From Dehalococcoidia bacterium (GTDB lineage: Bacteria; Chloroflexota; Dehalococcoidia; Bin125): a stretch of 64,000 nt of DNA. Every line of letters starts with the position of its first letter. Position 1 is the first letter of the stretch. The translations under genes were made by a program, and so were the position numbers. The notes under the pieces are model-generated. The model was given only the letters and a program-made list of their open reading frames with translations, was not told the origin of the DNA and searched no databases. Positions 10,580 to 22,274 of this stretch are shown here, in pieces. The stretch is taken from the NCBI GenBank assembly GCA_963663895.2, contig CAXXRD010000001.1:736001-800000 (forward strand). The letters are read 5' to 3'.

Positions 10580-11710
10580 ATGGCCAGCTCGGCAGGCGCA
10601 CACGTGAGAGCGGCGAGCATGAGCACGGACACCCTGCGCGACGCGGACCTGCAAGCGCTGGGGCGCCTGCAGCGCCGGCAATGGCTGAGCTTCGCCGGCT
10701 TGGCGGGAGCGCTGGCGGTACTGGTGGCGGTGGCGGTAGCCGTGGGGTCCGTCTCCATCCCGCTGGCGGAAGTGGCGCGGATCGTGCTGGAGGGAGAGGG
10801 CGCGCGGGCGAGCTGGGAAACGATCGTGGAGCAGGTACGGGCGCCGCGAGCGATCACGGCGGCGCTGGCCGGAGCGGCGCTGGGAGTGGCGGGGCTGCAG
10901 CTCCAGACGATCTTCCGGAACCCCTTGGCGGATCCGTTCGTGCTGGGGATCAACGCGGGCGCCAGCGCCGGGGTGGCGGCGGTAGTGCTGGTAGCGGGGA
11001 CAGCCGGGACGGTGTTCGCGGCGGGGCTGGGCTGGCTGGGGGATCTAGGCACGGCGGCGGCGGCGACGGTCGGGGCAGGACTGGTGGGAGCACTGGTATT
11101 GGCCGCATCGTTGCGCGTGCGGAGCATGGTGACGGTGCTGCTGGTGGGGTTGATGGTGGGGTACTTGGTCGCGTCCTTGGTCGCGGTTCTGCTAGCGATC
11201 TCCGACGAGCAACGGGTGATGCAGTTCGTGCTGTGGGGGTTTGGGAGCTTTCGCGGGGTGACGTGGAGTGAGCTGCGCATCCTGGCGCCGGCGGTGGGAG
11301 CGGGGCTGCTGATCGCCGGGCTGACGACCAAGCAGCTGAACGCGCTGGCGCTGGGCGAGAGCTATGCGCAGAGCATGGGACTCCATGTGCGCTGGACGCG
11401 GGTGATCACGATCGGGGGTGCGTCGCTGCTGGCGGGGGTGGTAACGGCGTTCGCAGGACCGATCGGGTTTCTGGGGCTGGCGGTTCCGCACTTGGCGCGG
11501 GCCGTGTTCGGGAGCTCGGATCATCGGGTGCTGACGCCGGCCGTCGTGGTCATGGGGGGGATCGTGGCGTTGGTGGCAGAGCTGGTTTCGCAGTTGCCGG
11601 GGATCGACTCGGTCCTGCCGTTGAATGCGGTCACGGCCTTGATCGGGGCGCCGGTGGTCGTGGTGGTGCTGCTCCGCAGCCGCCGCGGGACACAGGGGTT
11701 CGTGCAATGA
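10580..11710 (+). CDS. FecCD/BtuC-family ABC permease
   Basis: RAPRAITA, QTIFRNPLADPFVLGI and GPIGFLGLAVPH; start could be 10619. Confidence 0.9.
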   Translation: MASSAGAHVRAASMSTDTLRDADLQALGRLQRRQWLSFAGLAGALAVLVAVAVAVGSVSIPLAEVARIVLEGEGARASWETIVEQVRAPRAITAALAGAALGVAGLQLQTIFRNPLADPFVLGINAGASAGVAAVVLVAGTAGTVFAAGLGWLGDLGTAAAATVGAGLVGALVLAASLRVRSMVTVLLVGLMVGYLVASLVAVLLAISDEQRVMQFVLWGFGSFRGVTWSELRILAPAVGAGLLIAGLTTKQLNALALGESYAQSMGLHVRWTRVITIGGASLLAGVVTAFAGPIGFLGLAVPHLARAVFGSSDHRVLTPAVVVMGGIVALVAELVSQLPGIDSVLPLNAVTALIGAPVVVVVLLRSRRGTQGFVQ

Positions 11711-12798
11711 GGGCGACGGGGATGGCAACGACTACGGACGCTGAAGGCCGTGCGGAGGCCCAGGGGCGGCCCGTCCTGGAGACTGCGGGGCTGGCGGTGG
11801 GATTCCGGGCGTTCCGGCGAGCACCGCTAGAGGTGCTGGGCGGACTGGACCTGCGGGTGGAAGCGGGGGAGTTCGTGTGTCTCGTGGGGCCGAACGGAAC
11901 GGGAAAATCCACCTTGCTGCGAACCCTGGCCGGGCTGCAACGGCCGCTGCGAGGGCAAGTGTGGCTGGGCGGCAGGGAGCTCGCGCAGCTAGGACGGCTG
12001 GACGTGGCGCGCCGGGTGAGCGTGGTACTAACGACGCGCGAGGACCTCGGATTGCTGAGCGCGTATCAAGTGGTTTCGCTGGGGCGATTCCCACATACGG
12101 GGTGGGTGGGACGGCTGCAGCAGCGTGATCGCGACATCGTGGGATGGGCGATCCGCGCGGTGGGCGTACGGGAACTGGCGGAGCGGCCGGTAGCGGAGCT
12201 GAGCGATGGGGAGCGGCAGCGCGTGTTGATCGCGCGGGCGCTGGCGCAGGAACCGGGAATCATGCTGCTGGACGAAGCGACGGCGTTCCTGGACGTGTCG
12301 GCGCGCGTGGAGATCACGAGCCTGCTGCGCCGGCTGGCGCGGGAGCAGGGAGTGGGAATCGTGTTGACCACGCACGATTTGGAGCTGGCGTTGCAGACGG
12401 CGCGGACCGTCTGGCTGCTGGACAAGGAAGGACGGCTGCAGGCCGGGACGCCGGAGGAGCTGGTCCTGAACGGGGCAGTGGCGGGAACGTTCCGGGGAGC
12501 CGAGCTGTCGTTCGACGAGGCGGCGCGATCGTTCCGGGTGCGATGGCAAAGCGGAGGCCGGGCCTGGCTGTGGGGTGGCGAGGGGGACGAGCTGGGGCTG
12601 GCGATGACGCGGGCGCTGCTGGAGCGGGAAGGGTTCACGCTCGTGCGGGGCGGGGGAGACACCCGCGACGTCGTCGAGGTGGAGCTTCGATCGGCCGAGG
12701 CGGAGCGGCGGTGGGTCGTGCGCGTGGGCGGGGCGAAGTGGGAGGCAGGATCGCTGGGAGAGGTTGCGGCGCTGGTGCGGGGGTCCCAGGCGAGCTAG
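11707..12798 (+). CDS. FecE/BtuD-family ABC ATPase
   Basis: [17 protein letters not shown] and LLDE; ATGA overlap with the permease. Confidence 0.9.
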   Translation: MRATGMATTTDAEGRAEAQGRPVLETAGLAVGFRAFRRAPLEVLGGLDLRVEAGEFVCLVGPNGTGKSTLLRTLAGLQRPLRGQVWLGGRELAQLGRLDVARRVSVVLTTREDLGLLSAYQVVSLGRFPHTGWVGRLQQRDRDIVGWAIRAVGVRELAERPVAELSDGERQRVLIARALAQEPGIMLLDEATAFLDVSARVEITSLLRRLAREQGVGIVLTTHDLELALQTARTVWLLDKEGRLQAGTPEELVLNGAVAGTFRGAELSFDEAARSFRVRWQSGGRAWLWGGEGDELGLAMTRALLEREGFTLVRGGGDTRDVVEVELRSAEAERRWVVRVGGAKWEAGSLGEVAALVRGSQAS

Positions 12799-12891
12799 GC
12801 GCGTGGAGGCCACGGTGGCGGGAGAGGGCGGACGGCCCGCAGAAACCTCGCCGCCCCGGGCAAGTACGAACCGGCTAAGTATCGAGAAAGC

Positions 12892-12969
<78 letters not shown>

Positions 12970-13113
12970 ACGTAGGTAGCTGAGCTGTGGCCCGGGACAG
13001 GTCCTGAGCAGCGTACGGGCAGCCTCTGAGGGTCGCAACTCACGGGATGGCGGTTGAGAGAAGGAACCGGCGAGGCACGGGCGGCGTGGGAGGGCCGTGC
13101 TCCCTACGGGAGG

Positions 13114-13701
13114 CTACGGGACGGGATCACCCTCGCCTTCCGTGCCGTCGCCCGCGCCATCCGCGGACGGCGCGGGATCTTCGGCGGGGACGGCCGCGCC
13201 GGCGGGCGGCTGGATCTCCTGGGCGGGAGCGGGCTCCGGCTGGGGAGCCGTTTCCGCCGCTGGGGCAGCAACCGGGATAACGATCCGTTGGCCGACGAGA
13301 AGCGCGTTGGGATCGGGGATGTCGTTCACGGCGAGGATGGCGTCCAAGGAAACGCCGAAGGTGCGGGCGATAGCGCTGAGGGTGTCGCCGGCGACGACGA
13401 TGTGGACCCGCTCCGCAGGAGGCGGGGGAGCAGGAGCCGCCTCTTCCTCGGGTGGAAGCGTCTCGTCCCCGCCGGGCGCTGCGAAGGAATCAGCATCGGG
13501 GAGATCTTCGGGGAGCTCGTCAAGGCGCTGGAGATCGATGGGAGCTTGCGCCGGAGCGTCACCCTCGTCCTCGTCCGAGAGGATGTCGAACTCGAAGAAC
13601 AGCAAGGCAATGACGACGAGCGGCACCAAGACCACGACCGCGGTGAGGAGTCCGAAGAAGCGGCCGGTTCCCGCCGGCGAGTAGGGTCGCCGGACGCTCA
13701 C
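13114..13701 (-). CDS. Membrane-anchored LysM-domain protein
   Basis: N-terminal TM helix; HIVVAGDTLSAIARTFGVSLDAILAVNDI...LLVGQRIVIP. Confidence 0.88.
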   Translation of the reverse strand: MSVRRPYSPAGTGRFFGLLTAVVVLVPLVVIALLFFEFDILSDEDEGDAPAQAPIDLQRLDELPEDLPDADSFAAPGGDETLPPEEEAAPAPPPPAERVHIVVAGDTLSAIARTFGVSLDAILAVNDIPDPNALLVGQRIVIPVAAPAAETAPQPEPAPAQEIQPPAGAAVPAEDPAPSADGAGDGTEGEGDPVP

Positions 13702-13803
13702 GGCGATCCGGCGCGCGACCGGACGCCGGGAACGACGCCTGCCCTGCGCTGCGGGACCGCCTTGGCAGGCTCGCGGTCCCCCGGAGGACGCGTTTGGCGC
13801 GAG

Positions 13804-14019
13804 CTAGCGGCGGCCGCCGGCTCCGCTGAGGATCGGCTCGTCGATGTAGATATCGCCGTTGCGGATCTTGATGTTGTAGCCGCAGCTCGGTTTCGTGCAG
13901 ACCCAGGCCTTGTAATGCACTGCCGCACCTTGGCCTCCAAAGTCGGACAACGGCACGAGGCTGCCACTATCGCAGCGCAAGCAAGGCGGAAAGCCTTCGC
14001 CCATCCCATCTGCTTCCAC
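13804..14019 (-). CDS. Small putative zinc-ribbon protein
   Basis: CLRC...CTKPSC in ~71 aa; strong purine-rich SD before GTG 14019. Confidence 0.7.
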   Translation of the reverse strand: MEADGMGEGFPPCLRCDSGSLVPLSDFGGQGAAVHYKAWVCTKPSCGYNIKIRNGDIYIDEPILSGAGGRR

Positions 14020-14086
14020 GGTACTCTCCCTCTCCCCTATTTGGGCCACCGGCCCCCACCCGGCGTGGATCGCCCGGCAACTTATT

Positions 14087-15793
<1,707 letters not shown>

Positions 15794-15879
15794 GGTCTCA
15801 GTCCTTCATGGGTAGGAGCAGCGGGTACGGGGCCGGATGCGGAAGCGCCTCGCTCCGAGGCGTCCGGCGGGAGCGCGCG

Positions 15880-15960
15880 CTAGCAGCCGATCGCATCCGC
15901 CGCGTGATGAGGCGCGGCGGACGAGAACCTCTCGGGATAGGCGTGCGTGCGTGCGTGCAT
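15880..15960 (-). promoter_or_regulatory. Putative cimA leader peptide, 26 aa (MHARTHAYPERFSSAAPHHAADAIGC)
   Basis: Hand translation; only BCAA codon is Ile24; TAGGCT lies 9 nt before the ATG; alternative hairpins present. Confidence 0.6.
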
Positions 15961-16090
15961 TATGGATCCAGCCTAGCGGGCGTTCCACCGCCGGACAATC
16001 GGGGAGAGCCGCTCAAAAATTGAGGCTGCGGCCGAATGATTACCGTCAACGATGAGTGAAGGCCAGCGTGACTAGACCCACCCGACCCGC

Positions 16091-17323
16091 TCACGCGGCA
16101 CACCGAATCCCCTGTGCCTCGTCGCGCAGCCTCTGCACCAAAACCGCTAGGCCGTCCACACGATCGAGAACCTCACTGAGCGCGCCGGACAAGTTGAGTG
16201 TGGCGACCTCAAGCCGCTTGCCGGAGCCCCGGACTTGGTAGGAGGTTCCGTCCGCCGCGCCCTCGGCGTATATCAGCAGTCCGCCCGGCAGATCGAGTGC
16301 GGTCGCGTACGCCAGCAACTGATACAGGTCGGCGTTGGGTATTTGTGCATCGGTCTCGTCCTTATACTTCGCATCGCCCACGAACGTGCAGATCCCGTCA
16401 TCCCACCAGGAAAGATCAGGCTCAATGCCTATGGATCCCTGCTCGTCAAGGCTGAATTCGGGACCGCGGCCATCGGATCGCAATGTGCGATCAGAGACCC
16501 TGAGCCTCTCCCGGAGCGCCACCGTCACGAACTCCTGAAACAGGGTGTTCATGTCCAGCAGAAAACCGGACGCTCGCACGTCGCCGCGGCCTGATTCGAA
16601 GGCGCTATGCCGCAAGATCAACCGCGAGAGCCCAACGACGCCCCGGTAGTGCTCATTCAGCCGGTCGAAACGGAGTTCGGGCACGGCACTGGACGGAAAC
16701 TCGACCGGCGAAACCTGCTCAAGCATCCCTGCAACTAATCCCAAGTCTCTGCGTGCCGCGTGCGAACGGAGAGGCATCCGGCCGAGCCGCCTGGCCGCCG
16801 CCTTCACCAGCTGATTCGCCAGGATGTCGGCGGTGAACTCGTCGTATCGCACCTCGATCGGCAGAGCGCTCCCGAACCGCCGCCGTATCTGCTCGGTGAA
16901 CCTGATGCGCCCCCGGACGGTGTGCAGCGCCTCTTCCTCCATCCGGTATCCGTGGAGAAGCCCTTGGCTGAACGCCCTGCGAGCCGCCGCGGCGAGCGCC
17001 AGCGCGAGCGTGTCCGGCAGGGTCTTCTTCTCCTCGAAATCGAACAGCTTGTCCTCTTGGGACTTGACCACCCCCATGGCGTAGCACGCCAGCGACAGGA
17101 GTTGCGGGATTCCGATCTTCGGCTCGATGAGCACCGACAGATCGCCGATCTCGACCGCTCCAACCTTCGATCTGGCCGTGAGTTGGTAGACATCCCCGCT
17201 GCCCGGAATGGGCTCGATCGAGGAGAGGCCAAGGGTCGCCTTCTCACGCAACAGCGCGTCCCGTTGAGCGACCGAGAGCGTGCACTTAGTGGGTTCGTAC
17301 TCCCTCAGGTCAATCTGACACAT
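16091..17323 (-). CDS. mcrC: McrC-family restriction endonuclease subunit
   Basis: VRGRI, YDEFTADILANQ, FLLDMNTLFQEFV, PD...DAKYK and DLYQLLAY; TAATG overlap with mcrB. Confidence 0.9.
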   Translation of the reverse strand: MCQIDLREYEPTKCTLSVAQRDALLREKATLGLSSIEPIPGSGDVYQLTARSKVGAVEIGDLSVLIEPKIGIPQLLSLACYAMGVVKSQEDKLFDFEEKKTLPDTLALALAAAARRAFSQGLLHGYRMEEEALHTVRGRIRFTEQIRRRFGSALPIEVRYDEFTADILANQLVKAAARRLGRMPLRSHAARRDLGLVAGMLEQVSPVEFPSSAVPELRFDRLNEHYRGVVGLSRLILRHSAFESGRGDVRASGFLLDMNTLFQEFVTVALRERLRVSDRTLRSDGRGPEFSLDEQGSIGIEPDLSWWDDGICTFVGDAKYKDETDAQIPNADLYQLLAYATALDLPGGLLIYAEGAADGTSYQVRGSGKRLEVATLNLSGALSEVLDRVDGLAVLVQRLRDEAQGIRCAA

Positions 17324-19116
17324 TACTGGGCGCCGCTGTCCTCTTCGCTCGCTGCTTGCTCTTCGCCATCTTCCTGCTTGGCGCCGCGAGCGGCCTCTCT
17401 CCGCAGTGTTTCCAGATCGAACGCCTCGAGCCGTTCGGTATTTCCGAAGAGACGCTCCTCTATATAAGGAAGAACGCTGTGTTTCCAGATGCGCGGAACG
17501 TCGGCCTCGTTGAGGCCGCCCTCCCTCATGAAGTAGCTCGGTCCGATGGCGGCGTGCCGGTCGTCCAACAGGTGATGATTCGCGCGGTCGACGACATCGG
17601 CCACCCACGTCATATCCTCGGACGCGTTCTCCATCAGCCAGCGGCGGAGGAGGCCCTTGATCGGCTCCTCGTCCGGGTGGAAGTCCACGAAGTAGAACCG
17701 GCGGCGGAGCGCCAAGTCCACGAGCGCGATCGACCGGTCGGCCGTGTTCATCGTCCCGATGATGTAGAGGTTGCTGGGAAGAGAGAACGGTTCGTCGGAG
17801 TACTGGAGGCGTATCTCGCTGTCGCGGTACTCCAGCAAGAAGTACAGCTCGCCGAAGACCTTAGCGAGGTTGCCGCGGTTGATCTCGTCGATGACGAGGA
17901 AGTGCTTCGCCTGCGGCTCCAGCCGCGCCTGCGCCGCGACCGTCAGTAGCGGTCCGTCCTTGAGTTTGAACCCAGATTGCCCGCCCCGCGCGGGTCGGAA
18001 GCCCTGGACGAAGTCCTCGTAGGCGTAGGACGGGTGGAACTGTACGAGTTGCACCCGTTTCTTCGACCCGGCGAGGCAACGAGCGAGCTTCTGTGCGATG
18101 AACGTCTTCCCCGTGCCCGGCGGACCTTGAAAGATGACCTGGCGCTTCTCCTCCAGCAGCGTCTCGATCTCCTCCAGGAAAGAAGGCGGGACGAGGAGTT
18201 CTTCCGCGAGCTGCGCCAAGTCAGTTGCACTAGGTTTCTCTTCTCCAGGTTCTGGAACTTCTATAGGAGGTGGTGGCACCCGTTCCTTAGGCTTGTATTG
18301 ATCATCCCAGCGCTCTCGGATATCAGATTCATAGAAGGAATGTCCATCTGTTCCGTACTCGGCGGCAAGCGCCCTGCGAATTGCTCCCAATGCACGGTCT
18401 ACGTCATTCTCAGAGGGATCTTCGACAAGGTGATCGAATGCTTTAACGATCTTGGTCTTGTGCTCGAAGCTGACGATCGCTTCGAAAGTGTCGGGGTGGA
18501 CGAGATGCAACAAGGCTTGTCGTTGCGTACTGGGCGTATTCTGTTTGTCGCGAAGTAAAAGGCTATGGAACCGCATCTCCATCAGGAATTCCTTGAAGGC
18601 CCACGGATCATCGAGCAAGTGCCGACGGATAGACGACCGTTGTTGCTTCCATTGCTCGGCGAACTCAATGATTAACCCAACTTGAAATGGACGGTACATA
18701 TTGAACGCTTGACCAGGGTTGACTATCCCAGGCGTGAGGCCTTCGACGAGATCAGATGGAATGCTGACCGCATGCTGAGACCATCCGAGTACAGTCTCTA
18801 TATCGTCCTGTTTCTTGCTACTGCTCGTAGCGCTAGTTATGAGAAAGTATACATATAATGCCTCGGCCATAAGCTGATAAACTTCGGGTGGGCTATTTGC
18901 CAGTCGCAGCTTCAGCTTGGCAAGAAAACTATTATCAGAGTCGTCCGGATTATTCAGGAACCTTTCGCGGATCTCACCAAGCCACTGTCGTGTCCATATT
19001 GGCTTACCAGGTGTGAAGAGCGAATCGTCCGACCTCAGCGCCCGCTCGACCCATTCCTCAGCCGCTTCGTAGACATTCGCGGCATCGCTTCTTCTCGTTC
19101 CCATTATTTTCTCCAC
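17323..19116 (-). CDS. mcrB: McrB-family AAA+ GTPase with an uncharacterised N-terminal domain
   Basis: GPPGTGKT, QFHPSYAYEDFV, IDEINRGN and GTMNTADRS...RRRF. Confidence 0.92.
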   Translation of the reverse strand: MEKIMGTRRSDAANVYEAAEEWVERALRSDDSLFTPGKPIWTRQWLGEIRERFLNNPDDSDNSFLAKLKLRLANSPPEVYQLMAEALYVYFLITSATSSSKKQDDIETVLGWSQHAVSIPSDLVEGLTPGIVNPGQAFNMYRPFQVGLIIEFAEQWKQQRSSIRRHLLDDPWAFKEFLMEMRFHSLLLRDKQNTPSTQRQALLHLVHPDTFEAIVSFEHKTKIVKAFDHLVEDPSENDVDRALGAIRRALAAEYGTDGHSFYESDIRERWDDQYKPKERVPPPPIEVPEPGEEKPSATDLAQLAEELLVPPSFLEEIETLLEEKRQVIFQGPPGTGKTFIAQKLARCLAGSKKRVQLVQFHPSYAYEDFVQGFRPARGGQSGFKLKDGPLLTVAAQARLEPQAKHFLVIDEINRGNLAKVFGELYFLLEYRDSEIRLQYSDEPFSLPSNLYIIGTMNTADRSIALVDLALRRRFYFVDFHPDEEPIKGLLRRWLMENASEDMTWVADVVDRANHHLLDDRHAAIGPSYFMREGGLNEADVPRIWKHSVLPYIEERLFGNTERLEAFDLETLRREAARGAKQEDGEEQAASEEDSGAQ

Positions 19117-19271
19117 TGCGGCCTCATCGCCACGCTGTAATCGAGCTAGTAGAGTTTCGACCGTAGTGTAACAAGCAGTAGTAGCGCGTCAGGACTCCGC
19201 CTCCCAGAGTCAGCGCACAGGGGAGCACTGCACCCCGTGGAATCCCCCATATCGGCGCGGCGGCCGGGTTG

Positions 19272-20360
19272 TCAGATCGCGGCGGCGATGCGGTCGCCCA
19301 GGCGATGCGTCTTGAGGGGGCGCTTGCCCGGCAGGGCGATATCCGGGGGGCGGTGGCCGGCGCGCAACACTTTCTCCACGGCGCGCTCGACGGCGGCGGC
19401 CTCTTCCTCCAGGCCGAGGGAGTGGCGCAGCAGCAGCGCGGCGCTGAGGATGGCGGCGGCCGGGTTGGCCTTGCCGGAGCCGGCGATGTCGGGCGCGGTG
19501 CCGTGAATGGGCTCGTAGAGACCGAGGCCGGTGCCGTCCGAGCGGCGGCGGCCGAGGCTGGCGCTGGGCAGCATGCCCATGGAGCCGCCGAGCATGGAGG
19601 CCTCGTCCGTGAGGATGTCGCCGAAGAGGTTCTCGGTGACGACGACGTCGAACTCGGCGGGCTGGCGGATGAGGTGCATAGCTGCGGCGTCGACCAGCAG
19701 GTGGCGGAGGGTGACGTCCGGGTAGCCGGCCGCGACCTCGGTCGCGACCTCGCGCCAGAGCCGGGAGCTGTCGAGGACGTTGGCCTTATCGACGGAGGTG
19801 ACGTGCTTGCGGCGGCCGCGCGCCAGCTCGAAGGCGAGACGAACGATGCGCTCGATCTCCTGCTCGGAGTAGCGGAGGGTGTCGACGGCCTTGCGGCCGC
19901 GGGAGTCGGACCAGCGCCGCTGCGGCTTGCCGAAGTAGATGCCGCCGGTGAGCTCGCGCAGGATGATCATGTCGACATCCTTGACGACGGCGCGCTTGAG
20001 CGTGGTGTTGTTGGCGAGGAAGCCGAACATCTTGACGGGGCGGATGTTGGCGAAGAGGCGCAGGCCCTTGCGCAGGCCGAGGATCGCTTGCTCGGGGCGG
20101 ACCTGGGCGCGGGGGTCGTCCCACTGGGGGCCGCCGACGGCGCCGAAGAGGACGGCGTGCTGGCGCTTGCACATGGCCAGGTCCTGGGGCCGGAGCGCGG
20201 CACCGTAGGCGTCGATGGCGGCGCCGCCGACGGTCGCCTCGGTGTAGGTGAAGTCGTGGCCGAACCTGCGGCCGACGACGTCAAGGATCTTGACCGCCTC
20301 GGCGGTGACCTCGGGGCCGATGCCATCGCCCGGCAGCAGCGCGATGCGATAGCTGCTCAT
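19272..20360 (-). CDS. leuB: 3-isopropylmalate dehydrogenase
   Basis: [34 protein letters not shown] and [12 protein letters not shown]. Confidence 0.96.
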   Translation of the reverse strand: MSSYRIALLPGDGIGPEVTAEAVKILDVVGRRFGHDFTYTEATVGGAAIDAYGAALRPQDLAMCKRQHAVLFGAVGGPQWDDPRAQVRPEQAILGLRKGLRLFANIRPVKMFGFLANNTTLKRAVVKDVDMIILRELTGGIYFGKPQRRWSDSRGRKAVDTLRYSEQEIERIVRLAFELARGRRKHVTSVDKANVLDSSRLWREVATEVAAGYPDVTLRHLLVDAAAMHLIRQPAEFDVVVTENLFGDILTDEASMLGGSMGMLPSASLGRRRSDGTGLGLYEPIHGTAPDIAGSGKANPAAAILSAALLLRHSLGLEEEAAAVERAVEKVLRAGHRPPDIALPGKRPLKTHRLGDRIAAAI

Positions 20361-20451
20361 AGCTGTCCTCTCCGCTGAAACGCCAAAGGCGCCTTGATCT
20401 TATGGCCTCGCCCCAGTCGTTGTCCCGATGGGGACCGCCCTTCCTTTATAA

Positions 20452-20463
20452 GAACTTTTGTTC
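20452..20463 (+). promoter_or_regulatory. Putative LexA (SOS) box
   Basis: Perfect GAAC-TTTT-GTTC in an AT-rich patch next to TACTCT, upstream of a DNA-repair-type radical SAM gene. Confidence 0.7.
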
Positions 20464-20566
20464 TACTCTGGAGCTCCGTTGCGGCCGGGGACGAAGCGCG
20501 CACGCGCTCCCCGCGCAAGGGCCGCGCATGGCTCTGGAAAGCGGCTCTGGAAAGTAAGGCGCAGCA

Positions 20567-21547
20567 GTGGCGCGGGCCGAGTACCGAGAGATCGCCTGCA
20601 AGTCGGCGTTGAACCGGGTCCGGGGGATGGCGTTCGGCTGGTCGCTGAACCCGTACCGGGGATGCGCGCACGGCTGCCAGTACTGCTTCGCCCGCTCGAC
20701 GCACCGCTACCTCGAGCTCGGGGCCGGAGCGGACTTCTCGGGGATCATCTTCGTCAAGACGAACCTGCCGGCGGTGCTGGCGGGGGAGCTGGGACGGCGG
20801 GGGTGGCGCCGGGAGCAGGTGGCCGTGGGGACGGCGACGGATCCGTACCAGGCCATCGAGGGACGTTACCGGCTCACGCGGCGGAGCTTGGAGCTGTTCA
20901 TGCGCTTCCGCACGCCGGTCTCGATCGTGACCAAGGGAACCCTGATCGTGCGGGATGCCGACATCCTGCAAGACCTCGGCCAGCGCGCGGGCGCGACCGT
21001 CTGCTTCAGCGTCCCCACCGTTGACCGGGAGATCTGGCTGCGCACGGAGCCCGGCACGCCGGCGCCGGCCCAGCGGCTGCGGGTGATGGAGCAGCTGGTG
21101 TCTGCGGGCGTGCATTGCGGCGTGCTGGTGGCGCCGTTGCTGCCCGGCCTCACGGCGGACCAAGCCCGTGTCACGGCGACGGCACGCGCGGCGGCGGCGC
21201 ACGGCGCGCGCTTCATCGGATCGAACGTGCTGCATCTCGGCCCCGACGTGCGCGAGCACTTTCTCGGCTTTCTACAACAGGAGTATCCCGATCTGCTGGC
21301 GGGCTACCAGCGGCTCTACGGGACGAAGCATGCGCCCAAGCGCTACCGGACGCGGGTCGAGGAGCGTGTGCGCGAGGTGAAGCGGGCGCTGGGCTATCGC
21401 GACCGCGATCAGCGCCGCGTCGCACGATCGCCGGAGCCGCAGCAGCTATCGCTGGGGCTGGATGTGCCGTCTCGGGGGCCGGCGGGTGGGAGCCATCCCT
21501 CCCGGATGGCGCGGTCGCGGGTGACTCAGCAGCCCGGATCGCCGTAG
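20567..21547 (+). CDS. Radical SAM protein, SplB-like/Rv2578c family
   Basis: SLNPYRGCAHGCQYCFAR, GTATDPYQ and TKG. Confidence 0.88.
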   Translation: MARAEYREIACKSALNRVRGMAFGWSLNPYRGCAHGCQYCFARSTHRYLELGAGADFSGIIFVKTNLPAVLAGELGRRGWRREQVAVGTATDPYQAIEGRYRLTRRSLELFMRFRTPVSIVTKGTLIVRDADILQDLGQRAGATVCFSVPTVDREIWLRTEPGTPAPAQRLRVMEQLVSAGVHCGVLVAPLLPGLTADQARVTATARAAAAHGARFIGSNVLHLGPDVREHFLGFLQQEYPDLLAGYQRLYGTKHAPKRYRTRVEERVREVKRALGYRDRDQRRVARSPEPQQLSLGLDVPSRGPAGGSHPSRMARSRVTQQPGSP

Positions 21548-21677
21548 CGGCCGCAGCAAAGGCTGCGCCGGAGCATCCGGCGCCAGAGGTTGACGGCATA
21601 GCCGCGGATGGCGGCAGCGGGGCCGACGCAGCGAATGTTGCTCCAGGCTTCGGTAGGACCGCCGTAGGGGGACACCG

Positions 21678-22274
21678 CTAGCGCTTGGTGCGGGGGAGCA
21701 GGGCGGGGCGCCGGGCCTCGAAAGCGGCGATGGCGTCTGCGTGCTGGAGGGTGAGGCCGATGTCGTCGAGGCCGTTGAGCAGGCAATGCTTGACGAAGGG
21801 GTCGATCTCGAAGGATCGCCGCCAGCCGCCGGGAATCGAGACGGACTGGGTGGCAAGATCGACGGTGATCGGCGCCTCGGGGGTGTCCTGCGCCCGCTGC
21901 ATGAGGTAGCCGACATCGGCCGGATCGAGGGAGGCGAGGAGCAGGCCCATCTTGGCGCTGTTGTTGCGGAAGATGTCGGCGAAGGAGGTGCCGACGACGG
22001 CGCGCAGGCCCATCTGCTGGAGGGCCCAGACGGCGTGCTCGCGGGAGGAGCCGCAGCCGAAGTTGGGCCCGGCGAGAAGGATGGGGGCGCCTTGATACTC
22101 GGGACGGTTGACGACGAAGTCGGGATCGTTCTTGCGCCAGTACTCGAAAGCGAACTCCCCGTAGCCGGTGCGCTCGATGCGCTTGAGGTGGCGGGCGGGG
22201 ATGATCTGATCGGTGTCGACATCGGCGCGCGGCAGGGGGATGGCGTTGCCGGTGACGGCGGTGACGGGCTCCAT
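21678..22274 (-). CDS. leuD: 3-isopropylmalate dehydratase small subunit
   Basis: DTDQIIPA, NFGCGSSREHA and SFADIF. Confidence 0.96.
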   Translation of the reverse strand: MEPVTAVTGNAIPLPRADVDTDQIIPARHLKRIERTGYGEFAFEYWRKNDPDFVVNRPEYQGAPILLAGPNFGCGSSREHAVWALQQMGLRAVVGTSFADIFRNNSAKMGLLLASLDPADVGYLMQRAQDTPEAPITVDLATQSVSIPGGWRRSFEIDPFVKHCLLNGLDDIGLTLQHADAIAAFEARRPALLPRTKR

